Assembly: GCF_004010195.1 (NCBI RefSeq)
Contig: NC_057718.1
Coordinates: 60,770,795 to 60,823,216, forward strand
Origin: Chiloscyllium plagiosum
Taxonomy: Eukaryota
Direction: 5' to 3'
DNA: 52,422 nucleotides
In this document: piece after piece, positions 35,660 through 48,815 of the stretch
Numbering within the stretch: position 1 is the first letter of the stretch
How the letters are laid out: each line of letters opens with the position of its first letter
Notes under the pieces: generated by a model
What the model was told of the DNA's origin: nothing
Seen by the model: the letters and a program-made list of their open reading frames with translations, nothing else
The model's database searches: none
Translations under genes and position numbers: made by a program

Positions 35660-36359
35660 ACCTAGTCTTCTTTTGCTTCCAGCTCTGTTAAATTCTGTTT
35701 TTGGATTGACTCTTTAAATACTGGAGTCACTACACCACTGCCCCATTGTTGGTGCTGAACATGGGAGATGCTAGTTAGTCAGTTGCAAATGACATGTTTT
35801 TGCATAAGTTTTGATTCTTCCATTGAAAATTCCAATGCCACTTTGTTTTCTTTTAAATTTTTTGTGAAAGATAATGTGCTTGGAATTGTCCAGGATACGT
35901 CATTTTTAATTTAGTATTTTGAGGTGATATGATGGATCAAGTCTATAGATCTCTTCTTACAACCGCATCAGCAATTTTGTGTCTTCAACTTAAGGATTTC
36001 CCCTTCAGTCTTCATGCTTTTGTGTTTTGATTCCTTTAACACAGTTGAAGGAATATTGTGCATATACACTGCTGAAGGTTAAGTGTTTGTGCAATGGTTT
36101 GACTGTCCATCTGTGGCAGCTTTTACCAAGCGATTGTCCAGATTTTGCTAGTTTTCAAGGCTGACATATATGATCTTCCTTAATGATTGGAGAAACTCTC
36201 TACCGATGAGTGAAACAAATGAACAGCTGAGGAAAAGGGAAGAAGCTATTTTATTATTATACAGGTGTGGGTATTAAAATTGATAAAATCTCATTTAAAG
36301 CCTTAACTACCCCCAATGTGGTCATGCCCATATTTAGAAGGAGCAGTTCTGGGATTCTT

Positions 36360-36460
36360 ATGTCATGGGGTAGTGTCCCTGTTGCTGAACCAGAAGACTC
36401 AAGCTCAGGCCTTTGCTGGAAACAGCTTACAATATTTATGATCAGGCTGATTCAAGATAC
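36360..36460 (+). mobile_element. Degenerate short tRNA-derived SINE
   Basis: ggtagtgtccct...gaaccagaagactcaagctca matches 4981-5090. Confidence 0.55.
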
Positions 36461-37194
36461 TTAGAAACATTCCTGAATGTTTAGCAAGAAATTTATACTC
36501 TGAATTCAGACAGTTATTTTTGGTAGTTGGGTAAGTAGCAGTTATTACTGCAACTGACAAACTTACAGTTTCTCTACTGTAATTTTAAATCTGCTCTAAA
36601 CTTAATGTCTTTTTGTTGTTAAAACTCAGGTTAATTCGAGCCTCCAAAGCTAATTTTCCAAGGGAACTTTTGTGGTTCGAACGCATATCTTTTTCTTCAA
36701 TAGGTGCTGCTCACAGAAAAACCAATAGATGTTATCTTTTGCTTATTGATCAGCAAATATACAAGAGAATGATATGCCCAACAGAAATGTAATCATTGTC
36801 AATGTTAATTACTGCTCCATTGATACGTGCACCAACTTGGACTTTTCTGTGCTTTATGACCAATGTCGTTCATTGCTTAATATGTCAGAAGTGTTGAGCT
36901 CACTGGTGTCAAAGGAATCAGCCCTCCAGAATTCAATTCTGCCTATGTTTCAGTATAGGCTTGTTTCCACTGAAAGATTCAATTCTTTAGTTAAAATAAA
37001 TGAAAGCTCCATATTTCATAAAGAATCTGTAAATGGTATCGCTTTTCAAAATGAAGCTAATTAGTTTGAGTGGCAGGCACTGTTCAATTTTCTAGGAACT
37101 GAGTTTTCCCAACCTATTGGTGACAGGATGGAAATGTAAGACCATAACACCATGAGACATAGCAGCAGAGACCACATTGTTTTCTTTTGTAGAT

Positions 37195-37427
37195 TCATAG
37201 TGTTATACAGCATGGAAACAGACCTTTAGTCCAACCAGTCCATGCTGAACAGATTCCAAGCTAAACCAGTCCCGCCTGCCTACTGGGGGACAATAGTACT
37301 CCAGAAGAGGTCTCACCAATGTTCTGTACAGCTTCAACATAACTTCCTATACTCAAAGGACTAAGCAGTGAAGGCAAGAGTGATAGATGCCTTTTTAACC
37401 ATCCTACCTATATGTGATGCAAACTTG
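37195..37427 (-). mobile_element. Internally deleted CR1 3' fragment
   Basis: Tail catagtgttatacagcatggaaacagacc is joined directly to agtactccagaagaggtctcaccaatg (RPxLEY region, antisense). Confidence 0.75.
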
Positions 37428-39165
37428 AATGTTGGACTGCATCATCATTAGCCACGGGTGAGGCCCCAGAAGACTGGAGGGTAACGAATGTTGTGCACTT
37501 ATTCAAGAAGGACTGCAAAGAAAATCCTGGGAACTATAGGCCAGTAAGCCTGACATCTGTGGTTGGTAAGCTATACATGCATTTGGAAAGATAGGGTTTG
37601 ATTAGGAATAGTTAGCTTGGTTTTGTGAATGGGAGATCATGCCTCACAAATTTGTTAGAGTTCTTTGATGAAGTGACCAGGAAGATTGACAAAGGCAGGG
37701 CAGTAGACGCAGTCCTAACAGATTTCAGTCAGGCCTTTGATAAGGTTCCAAATGGTAAGCTGCTCTAGAAGGTTAGATCATGTGGAACCCAGGGAGAGCT
37801 GGCAAATTGAATACACAATTGGCTTGATGGTAACAGAGAATAATAGTGGAAGAATGCTTGTTGGACAGGAGGTCTGTACCTAATGGAGTGCATCAGGGGT
37901 CAGTGCTGGGTTCATTGCTGTTTGTTATCTATATCAGTGATTTGGATGAGAATGTACAGATATGATTAGTAAGTTTACAGACAATACTAAAGTAGGAGGT
38001 ATCATTGCAGCAGAACCATAATCAGCTGGGGAAGTGGGCTGAGAAATGTCAAATGGAGTTTAGATTTTAGATTACATACAGTGTGGAAACAGGCCCTTCG
38101 GCCCAACAAGTCCACACCGACCCACCGAAGCACAACCCACCTATACCCCTAACCTAGCACTACGGGCAATTTAGTATGGCCAATTCAACTGACCTGCGCA
38201 TCTTTGGACTGTGGGAGGAAACCGGAGCACCCGGAGGAAACCCATGCAGACACGGGGAGAACGTGCAAACTCCACACAGTCAGTCATCTGAGGCGGGAAT
38301 TGAACCCCGGACTCTGGCGCTGTGAGGCAGCAGTGCTAACCACTGGGCCACCGTGCCGCCCACTAATATAGATAAGTGTGAGGTCTTGCATTTTGGAAAG
38401 TCAAATTAAGGTAGGAGTTTCATGGTGAATGGTAGGGCCTTAAGGAGTGTAGTGGAACAGAGGAACCTTGGTATTCAGGAAGGGTTCCCTGAAAGTGGAG
38501 CCACAGCTAGATAGGGCAGTGAAGAAGCTTTTTGTACACTGGCCTTCATCAGTCAGGGCATTGAGTATAGAAGTTGGGAAGTTATGTTGCAGTTATATAG
38601 GACTTTGGTGAGGCTGCACTTTGAGTATTGTGCTCAGTTTTGGTCACCTTCATATAGGAATGATGTTATTAAACCGGAAAGAGTGCAGAAGAAATGTATA
38701 AGGATACAGTAAGGACTCAACAGTCCAAGTTATAGCCAGAGGTTGGACAAGCTAGGACTTTTTTTTTGGAGTGAAGGAGACCTGGAGGGGATGGTGGGAT
38801 CCTTATAGAAGTATATAAGATCATGGGAGGCATGATAGGGTGAATGCACTCCGTCTTTTTCCCAGGCTTGGGGAATCGAGGACTAGAGGGCATCAGTTTA
38901 AGGTTGGAGGGGAAAGAATAAAAGGGAACCCGATGGGCAACTCATTTACACAGAGCATATGGATTGAGCTGCAAGTGGAAATGGTTGGGGCGGGTACATT
39001 AACAACATTTGAAAGGAATTTGGACAAATGCATGGATAAGAAAGGATTAGAAGGATATAAGCCAAGTGAGGGGAAATGGGATGAACATAGATGGACATTT
39101 TGGTCGGCAAGGACCAGTTTGGGCCAAAGAACCTGTCTCCTTTCTGTAGGACACTATGATTGTCT
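37428..39165 (+). mobile_element. CR1 LINE, RT to 3' end, interrupted by an HE1 SINE
   Basis: PEDWRVTNVVHLFKK...PGNYRPVSLTSVVGK, SCLTNLLEFFDEVT, DFSQAFDKVP, ESRTRGHQFKVGG; many frameshifts. Confidence 0.93.
38061..38363 (-). mobile_element. Full-length, CpG-rich (young) HE1-type SINE
   Basis: Minus strand begins gtgggcggcacggtggcccagtggttagc, with B box ggttcaattccc, V-domain and tgtaatctaaaatc tail. It splits the CR1 sequence atggagttt/aatatagataagtgtgagg. Confidence 0.95.
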
Positions 39166-39169
39166 GACA

Positions 39170-39955
39170 AGGAGATACTTGCAACTTCCAATCCAAATGC
39201 TATATATTGGCTACGGCAAATGATACTGCGTTTTGAAGCAGTAAGTGACAGTGAGTAGCAACAAAGGCCTTTTGAGACAAGGAAATTCTGCCTGACCACA
39301 GCCCTCTGAAAGATTGAACTGTACAGTTCTAAACAGCAGTAAGTACTCAGATGACCAGAAAGGAGAACCACCCAGAACCTGTAAATTGAAAGAATCCATC
39401 ATTCCCTCTCCTTTACTCTCTCCATATGAGAAAACAGAAAACTAAGAAATCTTAATGGAAAGAATTCTACTAAGAAAAGGATTAGGATTACCTGATCAAT
39501 TATTAAAGTGCAGAATGTCCAACACCTTAAAGTCAAAGCTTAAAACTCAAAAAGCACGATGTAAGTCAATTTAACAAACCCTTCATATCTGAACTCTTGA
39601 CCTTTAGAATTTTGTTTATCCTGTATATATACTCATTTCCACCCAAAGTGTTTGCGTCAAATCATCTGTCTTTTGTGTCTCTTAATCGTGACTGAGTATG
39701 TTTATATTTAGGGGTTTTGAAGAGATGTAGTTTAAACTGCATTGTAGTAGATCAGAAATCCCTTCTTTTCTCTATGTTTCATTGAAGCTAAGTGTATTGC
39801 AAGAAATAGAGTGTTTTTGGTTAATGACAAAATCCGGTGCGAATTACTTTTGGCCTGAATAAATTGGTCAGCTTGATAACCTCTTTTACACATTTTAGAA
39901 TGTGGAACAGAAGACAGTGACTATTGACACTTTCTTCCCAGTTATGTCAAAACAG
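39170..39955 (+). mobile_element. Possible old LTR remnant
   Basis: Compositional similarity to 17660-19800; ends ...tgtcaaaaca. No TSD found. Confidence 0.3.
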
Positions 39956-41558
39956 GGGCAAGAAGATATACAAAATGGTGAGCAGAGATGTCATCAAAGC
40001 TATTCAACTGCTTTCAATGCCATTTGGTGCTAGGGAAGGAAAGCTTGGAAGCTTAGCAAACAATAAGAATTGACACACAAAGTGGTCAGTTAGTAATTTT
40101 TGAATCTGGGTATTTTGCAAACAGCAGGAGGTCACTTGCAGCAACCTGTCTGATGGTGTTTAACCAAATTTTTCACTCCAATGGCTCGGGACTTGGTTTT
40201 CCACAATCTACCAGAGCTCCCTTTAAGGGCACCTTGACATTTGAGGAGTTCTGTCACAGACTACCATGATCTGTGGTGCTTTTGAGTTGTCCGATTGCTG
40301 ATAGGGCTAACAGCATCTGGGGGCAGCCCCACCAAACCCCCCACCCCCTCAAGATTTCGTTGGATACCTTTTAGTTGGTCACTAGGCCAATATATGGCCC
40401 CAACTCCAGCTGCCCACCACAGTGGGTGCTGTTAACCAGATTCAGGCCCAATGGCAGGATCTCCAGATAAATGAAAAAAATCATGCCAAGAAATCAAAGT
40501 CTCAAACATTTGTGCTGTTCCTAGCTAAGCATCTGTTTCTGCAAAGGAGGTTTATTTCTATATTTATGCTGCTGTGTATTTGATGAAATTAAATTGTATA
40601 TACAATAATAATTATTTAATAATAAACTATAGCATTGAGGATGTATTGTGGTTAATTTACAATCTCAAGCAGTACCTTGTAGGAAGTATCAAATACAGTT
40701 GAAGAGGCTCCCAAATGAAGAAAATCAAACTTGGTAGTGGGTGAGCCAGACTGGACTGCTTTTACTCATAATCTGGAAAATACTCTGCCCTGAAGAGCCC
40801 TGTTACAAAGAGGGCTGAATAACCAAAGAATTTGGGTTGGGTTTTGAACTAATGCATGATTACGGTGACTGTTTTCAAAACCTGCGATACTTTTCAAGAG
40901 CAATTTATTTTATAATTTACTAGTTTGCAATGTTTTCTGGTGTCTACATTCAGGAGGAAGAACATGACAGATTGTGGAATGGGATAAAGTGAAGAATAAC
41001 CGTGAGAGCCAATTAATGTAGGATCTGAGAAATAATGATAGTGTGCATAGAATGGAGGAAAACCAGGTGGGTATTATTGATTTGTGAATTGCTTATAATA
41101 ATGGTTGTGTAGGTAGTGATTTGGAACATTAGTGTTTTCTGATATTGGTGCAAGTACCCAACTCATTCAGGTCATAGGGTGAATACTGAAAATCCATGCT
41201 GACATTAGTGAGGTAATGAGTTTGATATAAGCAGTGTCCAAATTCATCAGTCACAATTCAAGAATAGCTCATAGCCTCTGACACATATGAGCAGAAAAGA
41301 ATTAGCATTTAATATAGTTTTGCAAATTATATACTTTATATTGTCAGTAATGGGCGGACTAGATTTTCTTCTGAGCATCAATCCTCCACCTTTGTTTAAT
41401 ATGTGAACAAACCATAAGAAGATAATGCATTTTAAAAAATTAAAATCTCTTTTATGTGTTTAATTCTTTTTTTAATGGAGAAAGCTTTCTGACATTTTCT
41501 CCCCTTTTCATCAGATCTCCCTACTCGACTCAAGGACCTCATGGAGAAGATAATGGTC

Positions 41559-41663
41559 TCATAGAATCCCTACAGTATGGAAGCAGGCAGTTCACCCCAT
41601 TGAGTCCATGTCAACCCTCTGAAGAGCACACCTCCATCACTGTAACTCTGCATTTCCCTGTCT
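41559..41663 (-). mobile_element. HE1-type SINE 3' fragment
   Basis: catagaatccctacagtatggaagcaggc...ctctgaagagca...ctgcatttccc. Confidence 0.75.
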
Positions 41664-42243
41664 GTTGGCTCCTGCCACAGGGTGTAAAGAGAAGATTTGG
41701 GCAGATTTGCTACAAAGAGCCAGTAGAAAGGATATTCCGTGCATTGGTGTAGTTGTAAGTGATTATTCACTGCATAAGAAATCACAATCCAAATCTATGC
41801 TCCATTTTATGCGACCACTGTATAGGGATAACAGGGGCTTTTGACTTTGTTGCATTTTGACACAATGTGTTGTCATTCACAGTGCTCTAGGATTGATGGA
41901 GGCAATTTCAGTTTGAGATGAATCAAAAAGTGAAGGTCAAATTTGCTTCCTCACTTTGTGCATATAGAATACCTGGCACCATTTTAAAGTAGGCCTTATC
42001 TTAGGCACCCCACATGCCTTTCTGAAATATGCACCATATATATATATATATATTATAATTCAGATATTGTATCTGTTTTAGATCCCAGCCATCATTTTCC
42101 ACTGAAATGTTAAGATTGGATCTTGGAAGTTGGGGGAAGTAACAGGGAGATGTGTGAGGAATTGACGTGGTAAAGTGTCTCAATCAAGAAACAAATTCTG
42201 GGACTAACGACTTACACTTTTGAGGTGTTTGAAAAAGTCCGAC

Positions 42244-42461
42244 ACATGGAGTCATTGAGATGTACAGCCGTCCATGCCGACCAGATATCCTAACCCAATC
42301 TAGCCCCACCTGCCAGCACCTAGCCCATATCCCTCCAAACCCTTCCTATTCATATACCCATCCAAATGCCTCTTAAATGTTGCAATTGTACCAGCCTCCA
42401 CCACTTCCTCTAGCAGCTCATTCCATACACATACCACCCTCTGTGTGAAAAAGTTGCCCTG
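42244..42461 (-). mobile_element. CR1 3' end
   Basis: GNFFTQRVVCVWNELLEEVVEAGTIATFKRHLDGYMNRKGLEGYG. Confidence 0.92.
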
Positions 42462-42462
42462 T

Positions 42463-42770
42463 ATTAGATTAGATTCCCTACAGTGTGGAAACTGGCCCTT
42501 CAGCCCAACAAGTCCACACCGACCCTCTGAAAAGTAACCCACCCAGACCCATTTCCCTCTGAATAATGTACCTAACACATGGCCAATTCACCTGACCTGC
42601 ACATCATTTGGACTGTGGGAGGAAACTGGAGTACCCAGAGGAAACCCACGCAAACACGAGGAGACTGTACACAAACAATCTCCACACAAACAATCGCCCC
42701 AGGCTGCAATCGAACCTGGGACCCTGGTGCTGTGAGGCAGCAGTACTAACCACTCAGCCACCGTGCCACC
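42463..42770 (-). mobile_element. HE1-type SINE
   Basis: Head ggtggcacggtggctgagtggttagtactgc, B box ggttcgattgc, V-domain, (tctaa)n tail. Confidence 0.93.
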
Positions 42771-42822
42771 CCTTGTATGTAAAGTATTTTTTCACCATCC
42801 AAGTCAGTGACCTAAACTAAGC

Positions 42823-42971
42823 ACAGAAAATGCTGGAGAAACTCAGGTTTGGCAGCCTCTGTGGAGAGAGAGTGAAAGAGAGAGAGACAGAGTTAACATT
42901 TGAGTCCAATATGATTCTTCTTCAGAAATTGATTGATTTCAGATTCCCAACATCTATGTTGCTTTTATTTT
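42823..42971. mobile_element. Short Penelope-derived insertion with inverted, decayed HHR
   Basis: Minus strand reads ctgaagaagaatcatattggactcaaatgttaac. Imperfect 12-bp TSD acctaaa(c/t)taag (42810-42821, 42972-42983). Confidence 0.75.
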
Positions 42972-45504
42972 ACCTAAATTAAGTGCTCGGTCCCTTACAG
43001 ATTTAACTGAGGGACTTGGTGCTTATCTAGGACCCTTATTAAAGTTAAGCAACGATGAGAGGGGTAAGCATGACACAACCCAATACTCCCTCTTGTCCTT
43101 CTCCAACCCAACCACCACCTACACCATCAAACTGCTGAAGGAAAGACAACCAGTTTGGTAACTGTGCTCCTCAAATGCCCAATCTCCTTGTGAAAGTACC
43201 AGAGGTGCTGTGACAAGGAAAAACCAGAAAAACTTGCAAATGATACAAACTCAGAATTAGAGTCACAGAAGTGCAATGCCTGCACTGGCTCACTAAATGA
43301 GTATTGTTACCCGTTGCCAAAATCCTGCTTTTCTCCCCATTCCCTTGCACATTAGTTTTACCAAATAACCATCCAATACCCCTTTGAGTGCCTCAAATGA
43401 ACCTGCCTCCAGATTCTACTCTTCCAGGCAGTGCATTCTATTTTGCATTTGAAGCTAGAGTTCATTCACTTCCAAGTACTACTGGTCTCTTTCTGACTTA
43501 TCCTCCATGCAAGTACAAACTATACTAATACCCAGATGTCCAATTATAGGATGGCTTTGGGCCTCTTTGTTGAGACACACTGGCATTTAAAAATGTCCCT
43601 AGGCACTTCACAAAAGTGTAACCAGACAAAAATCGAGATTGAACCAAATAAGGAGCTTCTAAGAGGGTTGGTCAAATACATTGTCAGCTGTGTTCTTTGC
43701 AAGGGACAGTATTGGAAAAGTACACCTCCCCTTTAAGAGGTGTAATCTGCCTTTAGACTGTGATGTCCCCATTCAATTTCTCACCCTCCCCCAAGGGTTC
43801 GCTGCTAATAATAAGTGCTGTAGAGCTGGCAGCTCGCCATGAATATTGTAATGAGGCATGAACTCAATAATGGTTCGAGCCTTGTGACGGTGTCATCAGA
43901 CGGGCAATGCGGACACCTCCCTGATTTGGAAGGAAGTTGAAAATCATGGCCTATTTGTGGTGAACAAAGGTTAATTAAAAATCTTTAAAACTTAAAACCA
44001 ACAAGCTTCCCAGTTAAGAGATTCAAATGTATAAAGACAACCGTATATGGAAAATCAATATAAGCTACGATGTTTCTATTTTTATTGCATAGTAAAATTG
44101 TACATTTTGAATGCATGAACAAGACACATTTTAGTTCTGAGAATATAACAAAATATTTACTCATTGGAAGCATTTGTCACACTAGTGATGCTTTGTGCAT
44201 ACGGCCCCCTTGACATTACCCGTGCTCTCCAAGTGGCTGCTGAGACAATATTGGTTAGCTTTCTGCTTTCCTGTGATGGTGGGTCTATTCATGTCTGCAT
44301 TGGCGTCAGTTCATTTAAATTTACATCAGCTAGTAAATTAGAATAATCACTTAACAAACATTCTCTCTCAGTCCAGTTTTTCTTTCAGTCATGAGTTGTG
44401 AGAGAAGCTTGGTGCATTCAAGCAGAAAATATTGCTGTCTAGTTATTTGTCCTCAGGGTGATAAAGGAGGCATTGTCGTGGGACACACTCAGGTCTCGTA
44501 GCTGATAGTTGCAGTGCATCACAGCTGTGAAGTGTGCTTTGTTATGTGTCTGAGGATTAGGGTTCAGGACCTTGTTTTCTTGAAATACCAGACTGATCAG
44601 AGCCACATATGTTCGGGGAAAGCAGAGGTCTGCAGTTCTCTGTCCACATTTTCACCAGATTATTCTTGGACAGGACTCCAAGAGAATACTCACAGCTCAG
44701 AGCATCCAGAAGCTTTCACATGTTACAGGCTTACAATAAAGTTATCCATTGGACATTGTATAGGAATCGTAACATGCAATTGTAAAGCTCCACACCAGCA
44801 AATTGTTAAAATTTGAAATTTCAGAAACTATATATTACTATATTAAATTTTATTCAGAGTTATCTTAACAGTAACACTTGGAATTTGTTTCCTTACCATT
44901 TTTCACTTTCTTTTCTGCACTATTAATCGATTACTTCATCTATTTCTGGTCAGCAGCGGTAGACAATGTTCAGTCCCCAATCCCAACAAACTACTTGGTG
45001 AATGGTTCGTGCAATAAATGCAGGTATCCTCCTAGATGATTCCACTGAGATTCAAATCACACCAAGATGAAACCTATTATTCAAAGGAGCATCCCTCCCC
45101 CATGTAGAGTGACGGTGTATTAGCTCATTGCAACACAACGTTTTCATTTACTTCCAGATGTCAATTTTGGCCTTAAGTTTAAACTTTGCCTGTTTCCCAA
45201 TGGTGACTGAATGTGGAAGTGAAAATGAAGAGCAATGCTAGTGAGTTGTGTTGGAGGTTCTTCACGTTATGAAACACATTTGAGTAAGTGTGTACACATG
45301 AAAGCTAGCGAGAGCTGTGGTGGAAGATGATCTAGTTGAATCAATCTAACTTTCATCACCAGCAAAAGTGAATGCAGACTCATTGCCCTAATAACCTGAA
45401 TATGTGAATTACTTACAAATTAGAAGCAAAGGTAAATCATTCAGCCCCTCAAATGTATTCTGTCATTCAGGAAGATCATGGTTCTTCTTCGGAAGAGTTC
45501 TAAA

Positions 45505-45643
45505 CCGTTGCTGAAAAAGGCTCACTGAACTTGAAAGGTTAACTCTGCTTTCTGTTCACACGTGCTGCCAGAGCTGCTACGTTTCTCTAGCTGTTTCAGT
45601 TTTTGCTTCAGATTTCCAGAATCTGCAGTTCTTTGTTTTATTT
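45505..45643 (+). mobile_element. Penelope pseudo-LTR fragment
   Basis: ctgaaaaagg...gaaaggttaactctgctttct...gctgccagagctgct...ttccagaatctgcagttc. Confidence 0.7.
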
Positions 45644-46075
45644 AAGTGCTTTAATGACTTAGCCAGATCAGTGAATGTGAGTGCAATTTTTGGCTGTTGT
45701 GATCATCACACTCCGCACTATCACTCTGCCTTGTCGAGCTTATTCCACCATGTCACCCCTCACTTGCACATTAAATAGGAGCTCAGCCATCGCTCTGTTT
45801 CTATGCAATTCCTCACCTCCTCATCTATCAACCACCCCTGTCACTCACGCTGATCCTTTTGCCACTTGATGTTTCTTTTTGACGTTCACTCTCATCAAAT
45901 CCATAGATGAACATTACAGTCATTCACAGGTTGGTTCATTCTATCCTTGCAAGGTAACAGAGCACAGAATACCAAGGAGAAGAAGAAAACCAGGGATAGC
46001 TGACACAAAGTTTACAGCTTAGAATTGAGAGAGAAGGGGAGCTGGAGTTCAGTTGCACTTTAGCCTTCCTGACTA
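45644..46075 (+). pseudogene. Harbinger Myb/SANT partner gene remnant with intron
   Basis: KCFNDLARSVN then donor GTGAGT at 45677; C/T-rich intron; exon 2 from ~45953 NRAQNTKEKKKT...QSLQLRIEREGELEF. Same layout as 34990-35659. Confidence 0.7.
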
Positions 46076-46690
46076 ATCGATGTGTTTGGGGTCCACTAGC
46101 TACTTGATGACAACTAAATGTCATTGACCAACAGGTCAGAAAATAATCAGTGCTAACAATGCGATTTCAGCAGTGAGTGAAATATGACCATTTTCAGAAA
46201 AAAAGATGTTTTATTCATTACTGGGCTCTGGGTGTCACTGGATTGGCTAGCATGCCTCCCTAGGTACTAGTTCCTCATGAGAAGGTGGCAGTGAGCTTCA
46301 TTCTTGAAATACTTCAATCATTTAGTGTAGGCATTTCATGTAGTTACCACCACCAGTCTGTGAGGAAGTGAGTTACATGATTTTGATGCAGCTACGCTGA
46401 AACAACAGTGATATATTTCCAAATCAGGATAGTGAGTAGCTTGGTGGGGAACTTACATATAGTGGTGCTCCCACATAATCTGCTGCCTTTATCTTTCTCC
46501 GTGTAAGTGGTCATTGGTTTAGAATGTGCTGTCTAAGGTGCCTTGGTGAATTTCTACAATGCAGCTTGTATGTTATACACACTGCTTCTACTGAGCAGCA
46601 GTGATGGAGGCAGTGAATATTTGTGGCTGCTTTGTCTATGATTAGGTTGAACGTCTTCGATTTTATTGGAGCTGCAGTCATTCGGATATG

Positions 46691-46972
46691 ATTTGGAGAT
46701 GCCGGTGTTGGACTGGGGTGTACAAATTTAAAAATCACACAACACCAGGTTATAGTCCAACAGATTTATTTGGAAGTGAAGTGTGCGGTGGTGGAAAAGC
46801 ACAGCAGGTTAGGCAGCATCCAAGTAGCAGGAAAATTAACATTTCAGGCAAAAGCCTTTCATCAGGAATGAGTATAATCCACAACCACCTAATGAAGGAG
46901 CAGCATTTCGAAAGCTAGTGCTTCCAAATAAACCTGTTGGACCATAATCTGCTGTTGTGTGATTTTTGATTT
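46691..46972. mobile_element. Fold-back Penelope insertion containing a second Penelope-subfamily fragment
   Basis: Inverted arms 46720-46766/46921-46967; 12-bp TSD catt(c/t)ggatatg (46679-46690, 46973-46984); mutated HHR cacctaatgaaggagcagcatttcgaaagctagtg. Confidence 0.88.
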
Positions 46973-47063
46973 CATTTGGATATGTGAGGAGTGTTTCATC
47001 ATACCTCTGACTGTGTGCCTTGTTGACAGTGGTCTGGCTTTGAAGAGTCAGAGGGTGAATATT

Positions 47064-47610
47064 GTGTGAAGTTTTGGTCTTCTTATCTGAGAAATAATGT
47101 TCTTGCTGTAGACAGAGTGCAGTGCAGAATTATCACGTTGATTGCTGAGATGGCAGGACTGATATATGAGGAGACATTGAGTCACTTCAGTTTGTATTCA
47201 CTGAAGTTGACAAGAATGAGAGGGATTGTCAGAGAAAGCTATAAAATTCTAATGGGACTAGACAGGTTAGATGCAGAAAGATGTTCTTGGTGTTGTCAAA
47301 ATCCAAAATCAGAAACCATAGTTTAAGGATAACAGGACAAACCTTTTAGAACTGAGATGAGGAGACATTGTCCCACCCAGAGAGTGATCAACTTATGGGA
47401 TTCATGACCACTGAAAGTGGTTGAGGACAAAATGTTAAGTGTTTTCAAGAAGGAGGTGGATGTGGTTCTTGTGGCTAAAGGATAAAAGGATATGAGGAGA
47501 GGGTGGGATTAGGGTATTGAGCTCGATGATCAGCCACGGCCATAAAGAATGACAGAGCAGGCTGTAAGGGCTGAATGGCCTACTCCTGCTCCCATCTTCT
47601 ATGCTTCTAT
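47064..47610 (+). mobile_element. CR1 3' fragment nested in LINE
   Basis: KFWSSYLRNNVLAVDRVQ...YKILMGLDRLDAE; 3' end gggctgaatggcctactcctgctccc...tctatgcttctat. Confidence 0.9.
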
Positions 47611-48504
47611 ATTACCTGCTGCACACTCCCTAACCTCTCGCTTGCTCTCATGGCGATGGTACATATATATATATGAGTCCAATTCCATTTCTGATCAGTG
47701 GTGTCCACCAGGTTGTTGATTGTGGGGGATACAGTGAGGGTAATGCCATTGAATATCAAGGAGCACTGTTTATCTGATGGAGTTTGGGTGATCTTCTTGT
47801 TGAAGATGGTGATTGCCTGGACTTGTGTAGCACAGATTTTGCTTGCCACTTGTCAATCCAAGCCTGGATGTTGTCCTTGTCTTGCTGCATTTGGACTGCA
47901 GCAGTAACTGATGAGTCACAAGAGGTGCGGAACATTGTGCAATTATTGGCACACATCTCCATTTCTAACTTGAAGATAGACGGAAGGTCATTGATGAAGC
48001 AGCTGAATTTGGTTGGGCCTAGGATACTATCCCGGAGGAACTCCTGTAGAGGTGTCCTGGAGCTGAGGTAACCGACCTGCAACAACCACAATGATCTTCC
48101 GGTGTGCCGAGTATAACTCCAACCAGCAGAAGGTTTTCTCCCTGATTTGCAATTATTCCAGTTTTGCTAGGGATCGGTGATGCCACATTCAGTTAAATGT
48201 GGTCTTGAGGTCAAGAGTATTCTCACCTCTGGAATTCAGCTCTTTTGTCCATGTTTGAACCAAGGCTCTAATGAGGTAAGGAGCTAAGTGGCCCTGGCAG
48301 ACCCCAAACCGGACATCAGTGAGCAGGTTATTGTTAAACAATTTGTTTGATAGCACTGTTGATAACAGCTTCTATCACTTTACTAATGACAGATGGTGGA
48401 CTAATAGGATGGTAACTGGCTGGGTTCAGTGTCTCTGGTCATTGCAGCAGTGGAAATGTAAAAAAATGATACAGAGATGAGGGCCATATCTTACATATAA
48501 AATA

Positions 48505-48700
48505 GCAGCGGCAGGCCATTCAGCCCTTAAAAGCTACTCTGCCATTATGATCATCTAACTCAATACACTGTTCCTGCTTTTGCCCCATATGCTTTGATCC
48601 ATTTTTCCCTAAGCACAATAACAAACTCCTTCTTGCAAGCATTCCATGGTTTGGTCTCAACTGCTTTCTATGGCAGAAAATTCCATGGACATTATTCTTC
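48505..48700 (-). mobile_element. Old CR1 3' fragment
   Basis: aggccattcagccctt...ccattatgatcatct...tctcaactgctttctatggcagaaaattcca. Confidence 0.7.
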
Positions 48701-48815
48701 TTCATCCATCTTCATCCTCTCCCTCTGCTTTCCGTGATCTCGTCATCCAATGATAATTCTCCCCTTGAAATCTTTGGGAGATGAAGGAGAGAAAGAGTAA
48801 AGCTTCATGGTTCAC

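Larger units (their letters stand above)
46205..48430 (-). mobile_element. CR1/L2-group LINE (RT to 3' end) with nested insertions
   Basis: RT motifs SILGPTKFSCFINDLPS...MCANNCTMF...MQQDKDNIQAWIDKWQ. The 3' part mirrors 21327-21740. Confidence 0.9.

Noticed and set aside
38280..38363. tRNA genes at SINE heads (also 48840-48905, 4981-5040)
   Set aside because: A/B boxes continue into SINE bodies, with no complete cloverleaf or terminator.
42300..42578. 92-aa ORF as a chimeric gene
   Set aside because: Chance read-through from an HE1 SINE tail into an adjacent CR1 3' fragment.
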